From an uncultured Nitrospiraceae bacterium (GTDB taxonomy: Bacteria; Nitrospirota; Thermodesulfovibrionia; Thermodesulfovibrionales; Dissulfurispiraceae): 64,000 nt of DNA. Below the pieces are notes generated by a model that was not told the DNA's origin, did no database searches, and worked only from the letters and a program-made list of their open reading frames with translations. Within the stretch, counting starts at the first letter, position 1; each line of letters begins with the position of its first letter. Made by a program: the position numbers and the translations under genes. Below, in pieces: positions 1 through 10,149 of the stretch. Where the stretch lies: the NCBI GenBank assembly GCA_963705105.1, contig CAVPIW010000007.1, positions 1-64,000 of the forward strand, read 5' to 3'.

Positions 1-106
1 GTCGCCCGCGACGGCCGCTGTCAATGACATTGAGACACCAAAGCCGAGTCAATCAAAGAAGCGCCGCGATCGATCACGATGCGGGTCGATCGGGGTGTGG
101 CCCGGA

Positions 107-1138
107 CTATCCGGCCATGCGGCGGGCGGTCGGGTCGGGCGATCGTGGTCCTGGGCGATCCTGGCCGGCGTGTTTTTCACGGGCGGGTTGATCCAGACGG
201 CTTCGGGAGATCGGCGGGGTGCGGACGGCCTTCATGAAGCGCTCCGGATGCGCGGCATAGGCCGCGGCGAACACCCAATCGCGATGCGCGCGCACCGTGC
301 CGGGTCGGCCGAGGTGGACCACGGCCGGCGTGAGGAAGCCGAGGCCACTGGGATGACGCCCTGGCTTACGAGGGAAAGAACACCTGGCCGAACGCGTCCG
401 CTCCATCGATTCGAACCGTCGGGAAATCTGGGACATAATTTCAGCGTTCTGAACTGGGATTCGGAAAATGGGTCGTCGTTGCACATGTACGGGCCGGCCG
501 CGGCGTCTTGACCACCCCGAGATCGCGACAGCAGGGCGACGGCTTCCGTGCGCATCGCGCCGCCCCGGTCGGCATGCAGCGTGAGTTGGCCGGGCGAACG
601 CGGACGGGCGCACGTCTCGGCGATGAGCCGCTCGGCGAGCGCGGCGCTCTCGTGGGGCGCAATATCCAGCCGATGATGTACCGACTGAAGATGTCGAGGA
701 TGATGTACAGAGAAAGGTACGTCCACTTGACCGGGCCGAGGAGCTTCGTGATGTCCCAGCTCCAAATCTCGTTCGGCTGCGTCGCGAGCAGCTCCGGCGC
801 GGCGTACCGGGGGCGCCGGACCTGATTGCGCCGCTCCTTGACCTCGCCGGCGGCGTCCAACAGCCGATACATCGTCCGCGGCGAGCAGAGATAGGTCCCT
901 TCGTCGAGCAGGGTCGCGTGGACCTCTGCCGGGGCCGGATCAAGAAACCGGACGCTGTCGAGCGTCTCGAGCACGACGTGCCGCTCGGCCGGATCGAGGG
1001 CCCGTGGTGGTGTTGGCCGCGGGGCCGGCGGACGGGGTGGCTGGCGGCGCCGGTACAGGCTCGCGCGCGAGACGCCCAACGCGTCGCACGCCGCCGTGGC
1101 GCCCAGCGTCCGCTCGCCGTCTCCACAGCCGTCATCAA
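107..1138 (-). pseudogene. IS3 transposase OrfB (DDE/rve integrase core), frameshifted
   Basis: PELLATQPNEIWSWDITKLLGPVKWTYLSLYIILDIFSRYIIGW, LHADRG and NDDPFSESQFRTLK motifs spread over several frames. Confidence 0.88.
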
Positions 1139-1227
1139 TCGTCCTCGTCGCTCGGCAGCGGATTCAGGGGGATCTCCAGCAGCGTGGCAACTTCACCTAG
1201 AAAGTCCCCCCCGCCGGCCCCGTCCGC

Positions 1228-2448
1228 CTACGCGGCCAGCGTGACCTGGCTCACGTCCACCCGAGGTCCGCCAGGCGCCGGAGATGATAGCGCGGCAATT
1301 TGCGGGTGTTCATCCGGTCGAAGTAGTCGGGACCGAGGTCGAAACGCCACGCCGTTCTTGAGGATTGGTAGGCGATCACGAGGATGCTGTGCGCGACCGT
1401 GATCGCGGCCCGCTTGGGACCTGTCGCTTGCTGATGCGGCAGAATTGGGCGCCCAGCTAGTTCCTCTTGGAGTGCGAGGCCGCCCAGGCCGATTCAAGCA
1501 AGGTCGTGCGCAGCCAGTTGTTGCCCGTGCCGGTACCAGCGCTGCGTCGCTTGCCGGCGCTCTCGTGCGTGCCGGGGCAGAGGCGGGCCCAGGAGGCCAA
1601 ATGTGCCGCGGTCGCGAACCGGGACATATCGGTGCCGATCTCCCAGAGAATTACCTCCGCGGATCGCCGCCCGATGACCACCATTGTCTGCAGGCGGTCG
1701 AGGTGCGGGGCAAACGCCTGCGCGAGGTCGGCGATCGCGTATGGTAGGCGGCGATTCGCGCCGCGAGTTCATCGACCTGCGCCAGTATCTGGGTGAGCAG
1801 GAACCGGTGATGCGGCGAAAGCGACGCGCAGCGCCTCGGCGAGTTGTTGGACCTTCGGCTTCAGGCTGCCCCGGGCGAGCGCGGCCAACTGCGTCGGATT
1901 GGTGTCTCCCGCCGCCAAGGCGTCCAGCATCGCCCGTCCCGACACGCCGAGGACGTCCGACACCACGCTCGCCAGCTTGACATTGGCGGTTTCGAGGATC
2001 TTGCGGAGGCGATTGACGGTCCGCACGCGGTCGCGGATGAGGCTCTTGCGGTGGCGCGTCAGGTCGCGCATTCTGGCATCTCCGCAGGCGGAATGAAGCT
2101 CGCCCGGATTAGCCCGTGCGCGACAACTCGGCGAGCCACTCGCAGTCCTTCACATCGGTCTTGCGGCCCGGCACGGCCTTGATGTGATGGGCGTTGGCGA
2201 AGACGACGCCGAAGCGCTCCTCGAGCACGTTGAAGACGGGCTGCCATATACACCCCCGTGGATTCCATCGCGACGTGCGTGCACGCGTGCTCCGACAGCC
2301 ACGCCGACAGTCGCAGGATCTCCGCGGTCGTCGTGCCGAAGGATTGGACGGCCGTCTCCTTACGTCGGCCCTCCTGCACGCGCACACACGCCACGAGCGA
2401 GGCCTTGTGCACGTCGATTCCACAGCACCGGGGATACAGCACCTCCAT
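1228..2448 (-). pseudogene. IS110 DEDD recombinase/transposase, multiple frameshifts
   Basis: MEVLYPRCCGIDVHK, VAMESTGVY, GRKTDVKDCEWLA, EIGTDMSRF...LASWARLCPGTHESAGKRRS...GNNWLR motifs; GGAGG RBS. Confidence 0.9.
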
Positions 2449-2786
2449 AGCGGACCTCCCTGGGCGGGGCGCCGGGAGTGCCACAGGGTGAGAGTTTACC
2501 TGGCGTGCTCCGCAGTCCCACGTGGGGTGCGGGAACAGTACGGGGTGCCTGAGGCGCGGCACTCGGGTCCATTTTTTTTCCGGGCTGGCAGCACCAGTAA
2601 GCGTCGACCTCCGCCCGGCGCGCTCACCACGCCGACGGTACCACTTTCATCCCGACGTGGGTGCGTCACGGGGATGACCATTTTTTTCCGGGCTGGCAGC
2701 ACCAGTAAGGGTCGACCTCCGCCCGGCGCGCTCACCACGCCGAAGTACCAGTTTCATCCCGACTGGTGCGTCACGGGGCATGACCA
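2449..2786 (-). ncRNA. Putative IS110 bridge-RNA-encoding left end
   Basis: ~340 nt non-coding end upstream of the IS110 gene with several hairpins and an A8 tract matching the target flank; position matches known IS110 bridge RNA loci. Confidence 0.55.
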
Positions 2787-2794
2787 TTTTTTTT
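2569..2794. repeat. Tandem duplication of ~106-109 bp (two diverged units) bounded by three CCATTTTTTT(T) motifs
   Basis: Units begin at 2569 and 2678, third motif at 2784; shared CGGGCTGGCAGCACCAGTAAG...CTCACCACGCCGA...TTTCATCCCGAC...GTGCGTCACGGGG. Confidence 0.95.
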
Positions 2795-3244
2795 GGTAGG
2801 CGATGATTGTCTCCGCCCGTTGCAGGCGGCGCTCAAGTCGACGATTTTTGTGACCAGGGCCGTCTTCTCCCGCTCCAACGTCTTCACGCGCGGATCGCTC
2901 GACGTCGGCTTCCGGCCTCGCTTCTTCGGGGTCAAGCGGCGCTCGCGCTGCCGCCGCCAGGTCACCAGATGCGAGGAGTAGAGCCCTTCCTTCCGCAACA
3001 GCGCGCCGAGCTCGCCCGTGCGCGTGCACGCATCCGCGCGTCGGAGGATGTCGAGCTTGTAGGCCGTCGTGAACCGCCGCTTGGCGTGGCGCGCCGGCAC
3101 TTCGGGATCCGGCGCCAGGGCGGTCGGCGCGCGTTCGCCGACGGAAGACCCTCCGCTGCGGGGCGCCTCGCTTCGCTCGTCGCCCCTCCGCTCCGGCTCT
3201 TCCGTCGGCGAGGGGTCTCGGAGCAGACGGATCGTATTCATCAA
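2787..3244 (-). pseudogene. IS3 OrfA (HTH), 5' part; the C-terminus lies at ~1135-1191 beyond the IS110 insertion
   Basis: DPEVPARHAKRRFTTAYKLDILRRADAC...LGALLRKEGLYSSHLVTWRRQRE, then ...LQRAETIIAYQKK. Confidence 0.85.
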
Positions 3245-3403
3245 GGGCCTGGCACCTCCCCGCCCTCAACAGTAATTACGGGTGCGTGAAGTGTCTCACC
3301 TATCTTGGCAGGGAGGGCGACGAGCAGCGTGCGCACGGTGTTCAGCGGCACCGAATCGGAGTGGAGGCATCGCCGCACACCTCGTTCTCGACGTGGCTGT
3401 AGA

Positions 3404-4200
3404 TTAGCTGTTCACAGGCGACGCGCCAGTGCCATTGACGGGAGTTCGCGCGGTACGAGATGACGGTGTACTTCCGTCCGTGTGCAAGCCCTTGCTGCAG
3501 GAAGACGAGGATCTCGTGATCTGCGGGATGTGCGGAATCAGATCGTGTGGTGCCCGGCGCGGCGCGATCCCCGTTGACGCGACCGGGCCCTCCTCGAGCG
3601 AGGCAACGAGATACCGCGTCGCCACGCCGAGCTCCAGTCGCCGGCCGATGGGCGTTCTGACCACCACCTCGTATTGCTCGTACGGCGGCGCCGGCACGTT
3701 TACGGGGCGGTGAGGCTTGTCGTCTTCGCCAGAGACGGCGATCCACCTAAGTTGCAGCCTCAGCGCGGCACGTTGCGCGACGGTTCCACGCAGCGCCCAG
3801 GCGACCAAGCAATGGTCGAGCGCCCTGTCCATGGCCGTTTGATCCCGTCATCGGATGCATGTATGGCCTCCCCCGCCAGCCGCTGACGGGTGTTGCCACG
3901 GCAACCAGGTTCAGCGCATTCCTGAAGCGGTCGTAGGTCAGCCGACCGGTGACGGCGAGATCCGCAAAGGCGGTCGCACGATTGACCATCGCCGCGCGCG
4001 CCTCGCCCGCCGCTGTGCGGTCGGCTCTCAAGAACTCTGCCGCGGCGTGCGCCAGGACCACGTTCGGGTCGCGAATCGTGGCCCGGCCGCGCAGTTCAGC
4101 GATCAGACCATCTTGTTCGCCGCGTCGACGAATTGTTCGGGCGCCCGAAAGAAACCCGGGTGCGGCGGTTCGCTCCACGGCGTCAGCGACGATTCGAGTC
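3404..4200 (-). pseudogene. Fragmented hypothetical protein, possibly the N-terminal part of an alpha/beta hydrolase
   Basis: Protein-like segments ADLAVTGRLTYDRFR and WIAVSGEDDKPHRPVNVP...TRYLVAS in adjacent frames. Confidence 0.4.
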
Positions 4201-4253
4201 TCATCGTCTGCCCTCCCGATTGGCGCACGATCATCTGGGCCCGACGGCTTCGG

Positions 4254-5670
4254 TCAGAATGCTGCGCACGGCATCCACACAGCGGCGCCGATCCCGTGGT
4301 CGAGCGCCCAATAGGATGAATGCGCCCGCAAGAGGCTCGATCCTGAGAGCTCGACGTCCTTGATACCCGTGCCAAAGACCGGCTCCAACTTGCCGCCAAC
4401 GATGTCGTGGGTAAAGTAGAAGTTGGTCCAGCGGGTTACGGCGAAGAACGCGTGATGCTGCAGCACCAGGACATCGCGGATGCGCGCCGTCTCGATCGAC
4501 AGGTTGATCGTGAACCTGCCGGGCTTCACCGAATGACTGCGATCGGGCGGACACGTCGGGAGCTCGCGCATGTGCTTCTTGGCTTTGAACTGGTCGATCC
4601 CGTCCGCGAGGAGGATCGGCGCGTAGGCGAGCGGGCTGCCCATCGTGACGAGGTCGGTGACGATCCAGCGGCCGTGCGTGCATGTCTCGGACGGGAGCTG
4701 GATGCCCGACGGCGTGTGCCGCGTGAACAAGCGCCACGCCGGCCGCTGGTTGGTGCGAAATGTCTCGGGTCGTGTACGGCGGCGCACCGGCGAACTCCGG
4801 CACACCGTTACTGCCGCTGAAGTTCTCGACCTGCGCGAAGTCGCTTCGGACACGGGCATCCTGGAGTGCACCTCGTGGAAATAGTGAGTGAGGATGTCGT
4901 AGGCGATGACGCTGCCCAGGCTGTGGCCGACAAGCACGATACGGCCATAGCGGAACATCACCACGTCGCCCTCCTGGTTGTGATCCTCGTGCAGCTTGCG
5001 CAGCATCGCGACACCGCCGCGCAGGATGTCGTAGCGCCGGGCGACGTTCTTCGGATTGACGTCGAGGTAGCGCGCGGCGTCTCCAGCCACGTCGAGAATC
5101 GCGCCCAGCGCCAAGGGCCGGACGGTGTATCTCAAGAGCACACCGAGAACCGCGATCACCATCGCCGCCCAGCCGGCGTCCATGATCTCGAGCGCCGGGC
5201 ATGAGCCACGCTCGTGGCAGTACACCGGATACGCCAGGATGCCGACAACCAGGATTACGACGACGATCGCGATCGCCCAGACCATGTACACGAGGCGCGA
5301 GAGCCGAGGTGGAAGCTGGTCAATGCTCTCGCCTGGGGCGGTCCACCCGCGCTTCATGACGAGCCAGCCCCACGACACGATGTGCGAGATGAGCGTCCTG
5401 CACATATCGTGCGCCCAGCAGACCGGTAGAAATCGGTATCGGGCCAATCCTCCACCTCCGGGTCGTCCGCCGGCCGGCGACGGAGCTTCAGCCGCCGCAA
5501 CTCAATGAATCGGAGATCTCGTCCGGTTTGCTGTAATACGCGCCGCCGGGAAGAAGCGCTTGAACGAACCGGCGCAGCGTCTCCATCGGCCGCTGCTCGC
5601 CGATGCCATGGATGAACACGACCGCTTGCCGCGGCTGCGCCGGCGCCGCCCCGTCGTCGCGGATGGCCAT
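4254..5670 (-). pseudogene. Membrane-associated alpha/beta-hydrolase-fold protein (frameshifted or internally deleted)
   Basis: RQAVVFIHGIGEQRP N-terminus, TM helices, IVLVGHSLGSVIAYD nucleophile elbow, LVTMGSPL, DIVGG, AHSSYW. Confidence 0.75.
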
Positions 5671-5905
5671 GATGGTGGGCTCAGCGAGGAAGTTACGCGA
5701 TCGCCCTTTCGGTGCGCGCGGACTCTACCGACGGCGGTCTACGCCGCCACAGCGCCAGGTTGCACCTATTCCCGTTTCGCACCGTTTGGAGTTGTGCTGG
5801 CGCTCCTTCGAGCCGGGTTCCGGTGAACGGACCGCGCCGCCATGAGCGAGCCTCCGGCTCTCCGAAGGCAAGATGGAAGCGAGTCGAATGGTGAGCCCAA
5901 CTTTA

Positions 5906-6340
5906 CTAGGCTACCGCGGCCATGGCGGTCGGTTGCCGCCTTGGAAAGGGTTCGGTGGCGGCGGACCACGGCAGCGCCGCCCACGAGCTTGTAGCCGAGG
6001 GCCCGTACACCGATTCGACAAAGTGCCAGTCATCCGTCACCCCCGGTTCCGGAGTGCCCTTGTTCCAGCTGAGCGCCTCCGCGAGGATGCGTGAGGAGAA
6101 CGGCACAAAAAGAGCGCCTCTGTCGGCGAAGGAGGTCGGGCAAGAGCATCCCTGAACCGGCAGTCGTTCAGGTTCACGCCAACCAACCTACAGCCCTTCT
6201 CAATCGCGACCTCGATTTCGTCTTTGACGAACTGCGTCTTCGGGTGCGTATCTCTTCCGATCAGAAGGACGAAAGTGTCGACGCGGCGCATTTTCGCGCG
6301 ACAGACCTTCTTGACGCAGGAACGGTCCATCGATTTGATC
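5906..6340 (-). pseudogene. TIR-like (DUF1863/MTH538, ThsB-like) protein remnant
   Basis: KMRRVDTFVLLIGRDT...FVKDEIEVAIEKGCRLVGVNLN with the conserved Glu; N-terminus lost, C-terminus in another frame. Confidence 0.7.
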
Positions 6341-6439
6341 GCCTATCCAGCGCGCCCCAGGAATCGGCCGTTGCCCGCGCGAGGCGAGTCCGCCTCCTGA
6401 CTCCGCGCACCTGTCACACCGCGACAAGTCGCGCTGTGG

Positions 6440-6776
6440 CTACGATGGCAGGGCCAGGGTGATGGCGATCGCCTCATCGACCCGTGTCATCTCTGCTGGC
6501 GTCAGGGTGCCCACCCGAGCCTTCAAGCGGCTCTCTAGATCGATCGAATCTGATCGCCGAGCGCACGCCCCTGCTTCCCCTTGACGTGATCAAGGCTTCG
6601 CCCGGAAAAAGCGAACTGACATTGCTGGTGATCGGGAGCACGACCACTCGAGTGCCGTGGCGGTTGCAGGAGTCGTTGGACACGATCACGGCAGGACGCG
6701 TCTTGCGAATCTCGGTCCCGATGACCGGGTCGAGGCCCACCCTGTACACGTCGCCTCTGCGCGGCCGGCGGTTCAC
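6440..6776 (-). CDS. PemK/MazF family toxin (frameshifted near the 3' end)
   Basis: RRGDVYRVGLDPVIGTEIRKTRPAVIVSND...VVVLPITS; continues RALGDQIRSI...VDEAIAITLAL. Confidence 0.88.
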
Positions 6777-7003
6777 GCTGGCCAGCCCTCCCCGTCCATG
6801 GTGCTCCAATCGTCGACCTCGGCTTGTCGCCAGTGTTCCTTGGCTGCCGCCTGGTACGCGCGGTCCAGTTCGTCGCGGCCTGGTCGCACGCGGGCGCGCA
6901 CGGCGTCACTGATGAAGCGGCTGATGCCTTTTGGCGGCAGCTCGCCCTCTTCAAATGATCGAAGACGTCTTTCGTCGATCGTGATGTTGAGACGGACGGC
7001 CAT
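6773..7003 (-). CDS. RHH-type antitoxin partner of the PemK toxin
   Basis: 76 aa MAVRLNITID...ISRFISDAVRAR...YQAAAKE...DDWSTMDGEGW; overlaps the toxin start. Confidence 0.8.
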   Translation of the reverse strand: MAVRLNITIDERRLRSFEEGELPPKGISRFISDAVRARVRPGRDELDRAYQAAAKEHWRQAEVDDWSTMDGEGWPA

Positions 7004-7013
7004 GACATCAATC

Positions 7014-7028
7014 CTGTATTCAATACAG
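7014..7028. promoter_or_regulatory. Palindromic operator upstream of the antitoxin
   Basis: CTGTATT-C-AATACAG perfect 7-bp inverted repeat 10 nt upstream of the start codon. Confidence 0.55.
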
Positions 7029-7151
7029 CATCACGAGTCGAGCCGACACGGACGACCCGAGTTGTGCACGTGACCCGTTCGGCGTCGTGCCCGCGCTCAA
7101 GTAACGCTCAGTCGCGCAGGGCGGATTCTGGATCCGCCCTGCCGTTCCCGG

Positions 7152-8105
7152 TCACGCCGCATCGGGCTCGATCCCAAGCCGGTCGTTCACGGCGTGCCGG
7201 AGCTTCTGCTTGCAGCCGAGGTAGCGTTCGGTCGTCTGAATCGACACGTGGCCCAGGAGGAACTGAATCTGGTCGAGTTCGCCGCCGGCCAGGTGGCAGA
7301 GCCTGGCGCACGTGCGACGTAGGTCATGAGGCGCGAGCTTCTCGATGCCAGCCTCGGCCGCTGCAGTCCGGACGACATCCCAGAGCACTTTGGCGGTCAT
7401 GCCGTTCCCCCAGACGCGCCCGCGGCGGTCGATAGCCCTGAACACGGCGCCGTCTCTGATGCCGGCCACGGACGTCCAGGCGTCCATCGTGGCCTTGACC
7501 CACGTCGGGATCGGCACCGTGCGGACATGCCCGCCTTTCCCAATCAGGTCGGCGATGACCCAGTGCTCTTCCCGCTGTTGAATGGACTTGAGGTCGAGCG
7601 CCAGCAACTCGCCGCGGCGGAGCCCACAGCCGAGGAGCACGGCCAGCATGGCGTGGTCGCGCAATTCGCGCGGCGTGGTCGGCGTGCGTCGGGTGAGCAG
7701 CCGCCGTCCCTGCTCCGACGTCAGCCAGTTGCCCAGCCGCACACCGAGACGGCGGACGCCCTTGACGCGGCGAATGCCGGCGGCCAGTTCGGGACTGAGG
7801 AGACCGGCGTCCGCAGCCTCGTACGCGACGCGCCGGACGGCCGCGAGTCGAAGGTTGATGGTGGCGGGGGCGTAGTGCTGCTGCTCGAGGTGGATCCGAT
7901 ACCGGAGCACGACCGTCCGGTTGAACGCGAGCCGCGGCTCCGAGCAGTACCAGGTGACGAACTCCCGGATCGCATGGTCGTAGGTGCGCTGGCCACTGGC
8001 CGACGTGAGGCTGGCGAGTACGGCACCTTTGGCGTGCTCGAGGTCCGGCAAGGCGAGCACGCGCTTCGGAGCCTTCTTCCGCGTTCGACTCGGGGCATGG
8101 GGCAT
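7152..8105 (-). CDS. Tyrosine recombinase/integrase (XerC/D-like)
   Basis: RDHAMLAVLLGCGLRRGEL (R), GKGGHVR (K), PHDLRRTCA (H-x-x-R), LLGHVSIQTTERY (H/Y). Confidence 0.93.
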   Translation of the reverse strand: MPHAPSRTRKKAPKRVLALPDLEHAKGAVLASLTSASGQRTYDHAIREFVTWYCSEPRLAFNRTVVLRYRIHLEQQHYAPATINLRLAAVRRVAYEAADAGLLSPELAAGIRRVKGVRRLGVRLGNWLTSEQGRRLLTRRTPTTPRELRDHAMLAVLLGCGLRRGELLALDLKSIQQREEHWVIADLIGKGGHVRTVPIPTWVKATMDAWTSVAGIRDGAVFRAIDRRGRVWGNGMTAKVLWDVVRTAAAEAGIEKLAPHDLRRTCARLCHLAGGELDQIQFLLGHVSIQTTERYLGCKQKLRHAVNDRLGIEPDAA

Positions 8106-8164
8106 GTGGGACGGCCTCCAGGTCCGTCGCCTGTGAGCATGCCGCATTCCGTATATACTGAATC

Positions 8165-8449
8165 GTGTTCGAGTGGGACGCGCAGAAGGCCGCGGCCAAC
8201 GCGGCGAAGCACGGCGTCACGTTCGACGACGCCGTGACGGTGTTCGTCGACGCTAACGCACTGGATGGCCCCGACCTCGCGCACTCCGAGGCGGAGCCGC
8301 GCTACCTGCGTCTGGGCACTGCCGCCGACGGGCGCGTGCTCATGGTGGCTTACACGATCAGGAGACGAGCCGATGTCGAAACAATCCGCCTCATCAGCGC
8401 GCGGCGTGCGAGCCGGCGGGAGCGCGCGGCGTACCGCGCGCAGAATTGA
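8165..8449 (+). CDS. BrnT family toxin
   Basis: FEWDAQKAAANAAKHGVTFDDA...HSEAEPRY...IRLISARRASRRER. Confidence 0.92.
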   Translation: MFEWDAQKAAANAAKHGVTFDDAVTVFVDANALDGPDLAHSEAEPRYLRLGTAADGRVLMVAYTIRRRADVETIRLISARRASRRERAAYRAQN

Positions 8450-8666
8450 CTTCAGCGACATCCCCGAGGCGTCGGCGACCCAGCTGGGGGCCATGCGCCG
8501 GGTGGGGCGACCGCCGCTTGGGGAGACCGCCCGCCAGTTGATCGCGATCCGGCTCGACGCCAAGGTCCTGGCGCGGTTCCGCAAGGAAGCGCGGCGCCGC
8601 GGTGTGGGCTACCAGACGCTCATCAACGAGGTGCTGGCCGAGCACGTCCGCAAGGACGTAGCGTAG
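8373..8666 (+). CDS. BrnA family antitoxin
   Basis: IDFSDIPE...GRPP...IAIRLDAKVLARFR...GYQTLINEVL. Confidence 0.9.
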   Translation: MSKQSASSARGVRAGGSARRTARRIDFSDIPEASATQLGAMRRVGRPPLGETARQLIAIRLDAKVLARFRKEARRRGVGYQTLINEVLAEHVRKDVA

Positions 8667-8749
8667 CGGTCACGGGCAAGAACATCCCTTCGGCGTTAAT
8701 CGCGGGTAACGGCGGAACCAACGGAGTATCCTCCGCGGACTGCCCTGAA

Positions 8750-9145
8750 TCAGGCCCAATTCTCGAGCTTGAATTCCGTGATGCGAGTGAAGTGCTTGGT
8801 GTTGTTCGTCACCAAGGTCACGCCGCACGACAGGGCATGCGCCGCGATGAGGGTGTCGAAGGTTCCGACTGGGTTTACCCTTCCGGGCGATACGCTTGCG
8901 ACGGTACTGAAGCGGCCTCAGCCCCTTGATTGAATGGGCATGACACTGACCGCCGAGACGAACGTCTCGATGAGGCGGTGGCGGAAGTCTCCTCGACCGC
9001 TTGGCATCGGCTCCGAAGCGCAGCTCAGCAAGCGTGATTGAGCTGTTGCGACGGTCTGTGTTCGAGGACCCGTGGAAGCGACCGCGCCTTGGCCGCGCAG
9101 GGCCCAACTGACCATGTCCGTGTCGAGCATGAACTCGAGCGTCAT
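8750..9145 (-). pseudogene. vapC: VapC PIN-domain toxin, frameshifted
   Basis: FMLDTDMVSWALRG start; SITLAELRFGA; DTLIAAHALS...LVTNNTKHF...LENW in shifting frames. Confidence 0.8.
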
Positions 9146-9417
9146 GGCAGCGGGCTTCGCGCGTCGCCGATTGGGCGCTGTCGAGGCCGTGGAATGTCGT
9201 CATCCCATGCACCCAAGCATGCCCGGAATTCCGCGGGCCACTCGTCGGCCGGTTCCAGAATGACCACGCGGCCCTGCCGATGTACCAGCACTTCCTGCTC
9301 GTCGGGAAAGCTGCAGGCCTTCGGTAAACGAACTGCGGGGCTACCGCCGTTCTGGAAGAGCTTCGCGCGGACTATGCCGATGTGCCGAATATATACTCCG
9401 GCATGGACTGGCGTCAA
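9142..9417 (-). CDS. vapB: VapB/AbrB-type antitoxin (start uncertain)
   Basis: AKLFQNGGSPAVRLPKACSF...VLVHRQGRVVILEP. Confidence 0.82.
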   Translation of the reverse strand: MTPVHAGVYIRHIGIVRAKLFQNGGSPAVRLPKACSFPDEQEVLVHRQGRVVILEPADEWPAEFRACLGAWDDDIPRPRQRPIGDARSPLP

Positions 9418-9669
9418 CGGCCGACGGCGTGCGCGCCGTAATGGCCAAGTGGGCCGCAGCTCGCTGGATTGTCGTCACACGTTACCAAGGTCGTCGTATC
9501 GGGATCGGGGGCAACATCCGCCCTCACTCTCGCGCGATTTGTGCCGTCGGACCGCCCTTGGTAGCACGAGGGCAGTTCTCGGCGGCGCAATCGGTGCCTT
9601 TTCGTTGATCAAGGGTTCTCCACCTGGCCGCGATGCCGCCGGCCGGACGGACCTGCATGCCTGGCGTCG

Positions 9670-9790
9670 CTACGCGGGCGGCGGCGGCACCTCCCGTGCG
9701 ATCGCCCAGATGAACCCCGTCAGCTCGCGGGCAATGGCGATCGCCACCTTCGGCTTGGCTTTGCTGTTGCCGCATCCTGGCGTTCCTCTT
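9670..9790 (-). pseudogene. C-terminal remnant of a second IS110-type transposase
   Basis: KPKVAIAIARELTGFIWAIAREV motif. Confidence 0.65.
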
Positions 9791-9859
9791 TGGCCCACTA
9801 TCGGGCAGCGACAGCATCCGTCAACCGGCGGCGGCTGAAAACATGGGACGACCGGACGC

Positions 9860-9980
9860 TTACACCGAGTCGGCGCACGCCTTTCACGCATCGAATCCCG
9901 GCCGCCAGTGCGGGACTCAGCAGCCCGGCATCGGCCGCCTCGTAGGCGACGCGGCGCACCGCGGCGAGTCGGAGGTTGAT
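9860..9980 (-). pseudogene. Fragment of a paralogous tyrosine recombinase
   Basis: INLRLAAVRRVAYEAADAGLLSPALAAGIRCVKGVRRLGV, nearly identical in protein to 7741-7860 but with many synonymous changes. Confidence 0.85.
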
Positions 9981-10149
9981 CGGTGAGGCGTCATTCGCAC
10001 CCATTCGCACCGAATCCTCAATTCGCGCTTTTGTTATCCCCCGGCTAGTGCATCGTCTGGTTAGTTCTTTACTGTATTCGCCGGTCGGCGGCTGGGCCGC
10101 CTGCGACGGCGACGTTTCGGGATCTGGCCTGTGTCCGCGAGCCGCCTTG

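Larger units (their letters stand above)
1192..2786 (-). mobile_element. IS110-family element inserted into IS3 orfA
   Basis: Removing 1192-2786 restores orfA in frame (TAC CAA AAA AAA GTT GCC ACG = YQKKVAT...LPSDEDD*); an AA core is present at both junctions; no terminal IRs. Confidence 0.85.
19..3310 (-). mobile_element. IS3-family insertion sequence, interrupted by an IS110 element
   Basis: Imperfect terminal IRs TGTCAATGACATTGAGACAC (19-38) and GTGTCTCACCTATCTTGGCA (3291-3310); orfA HTH and orfB rve integrase core inside. Confidence 0.85.

Noticed and set aside
2569..2794. CRISPR array
   Set aside because: Only two ~107-bp units with no unique spacers and no cas genes; it lies inside an IS110 end.
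7152..8105. Integron integrase with a cassette array
   Set aside because: No IntI-specific insertion is visible before the H-x-x-R motif, and no repeated attC-like sites were recognised between the TA modules.
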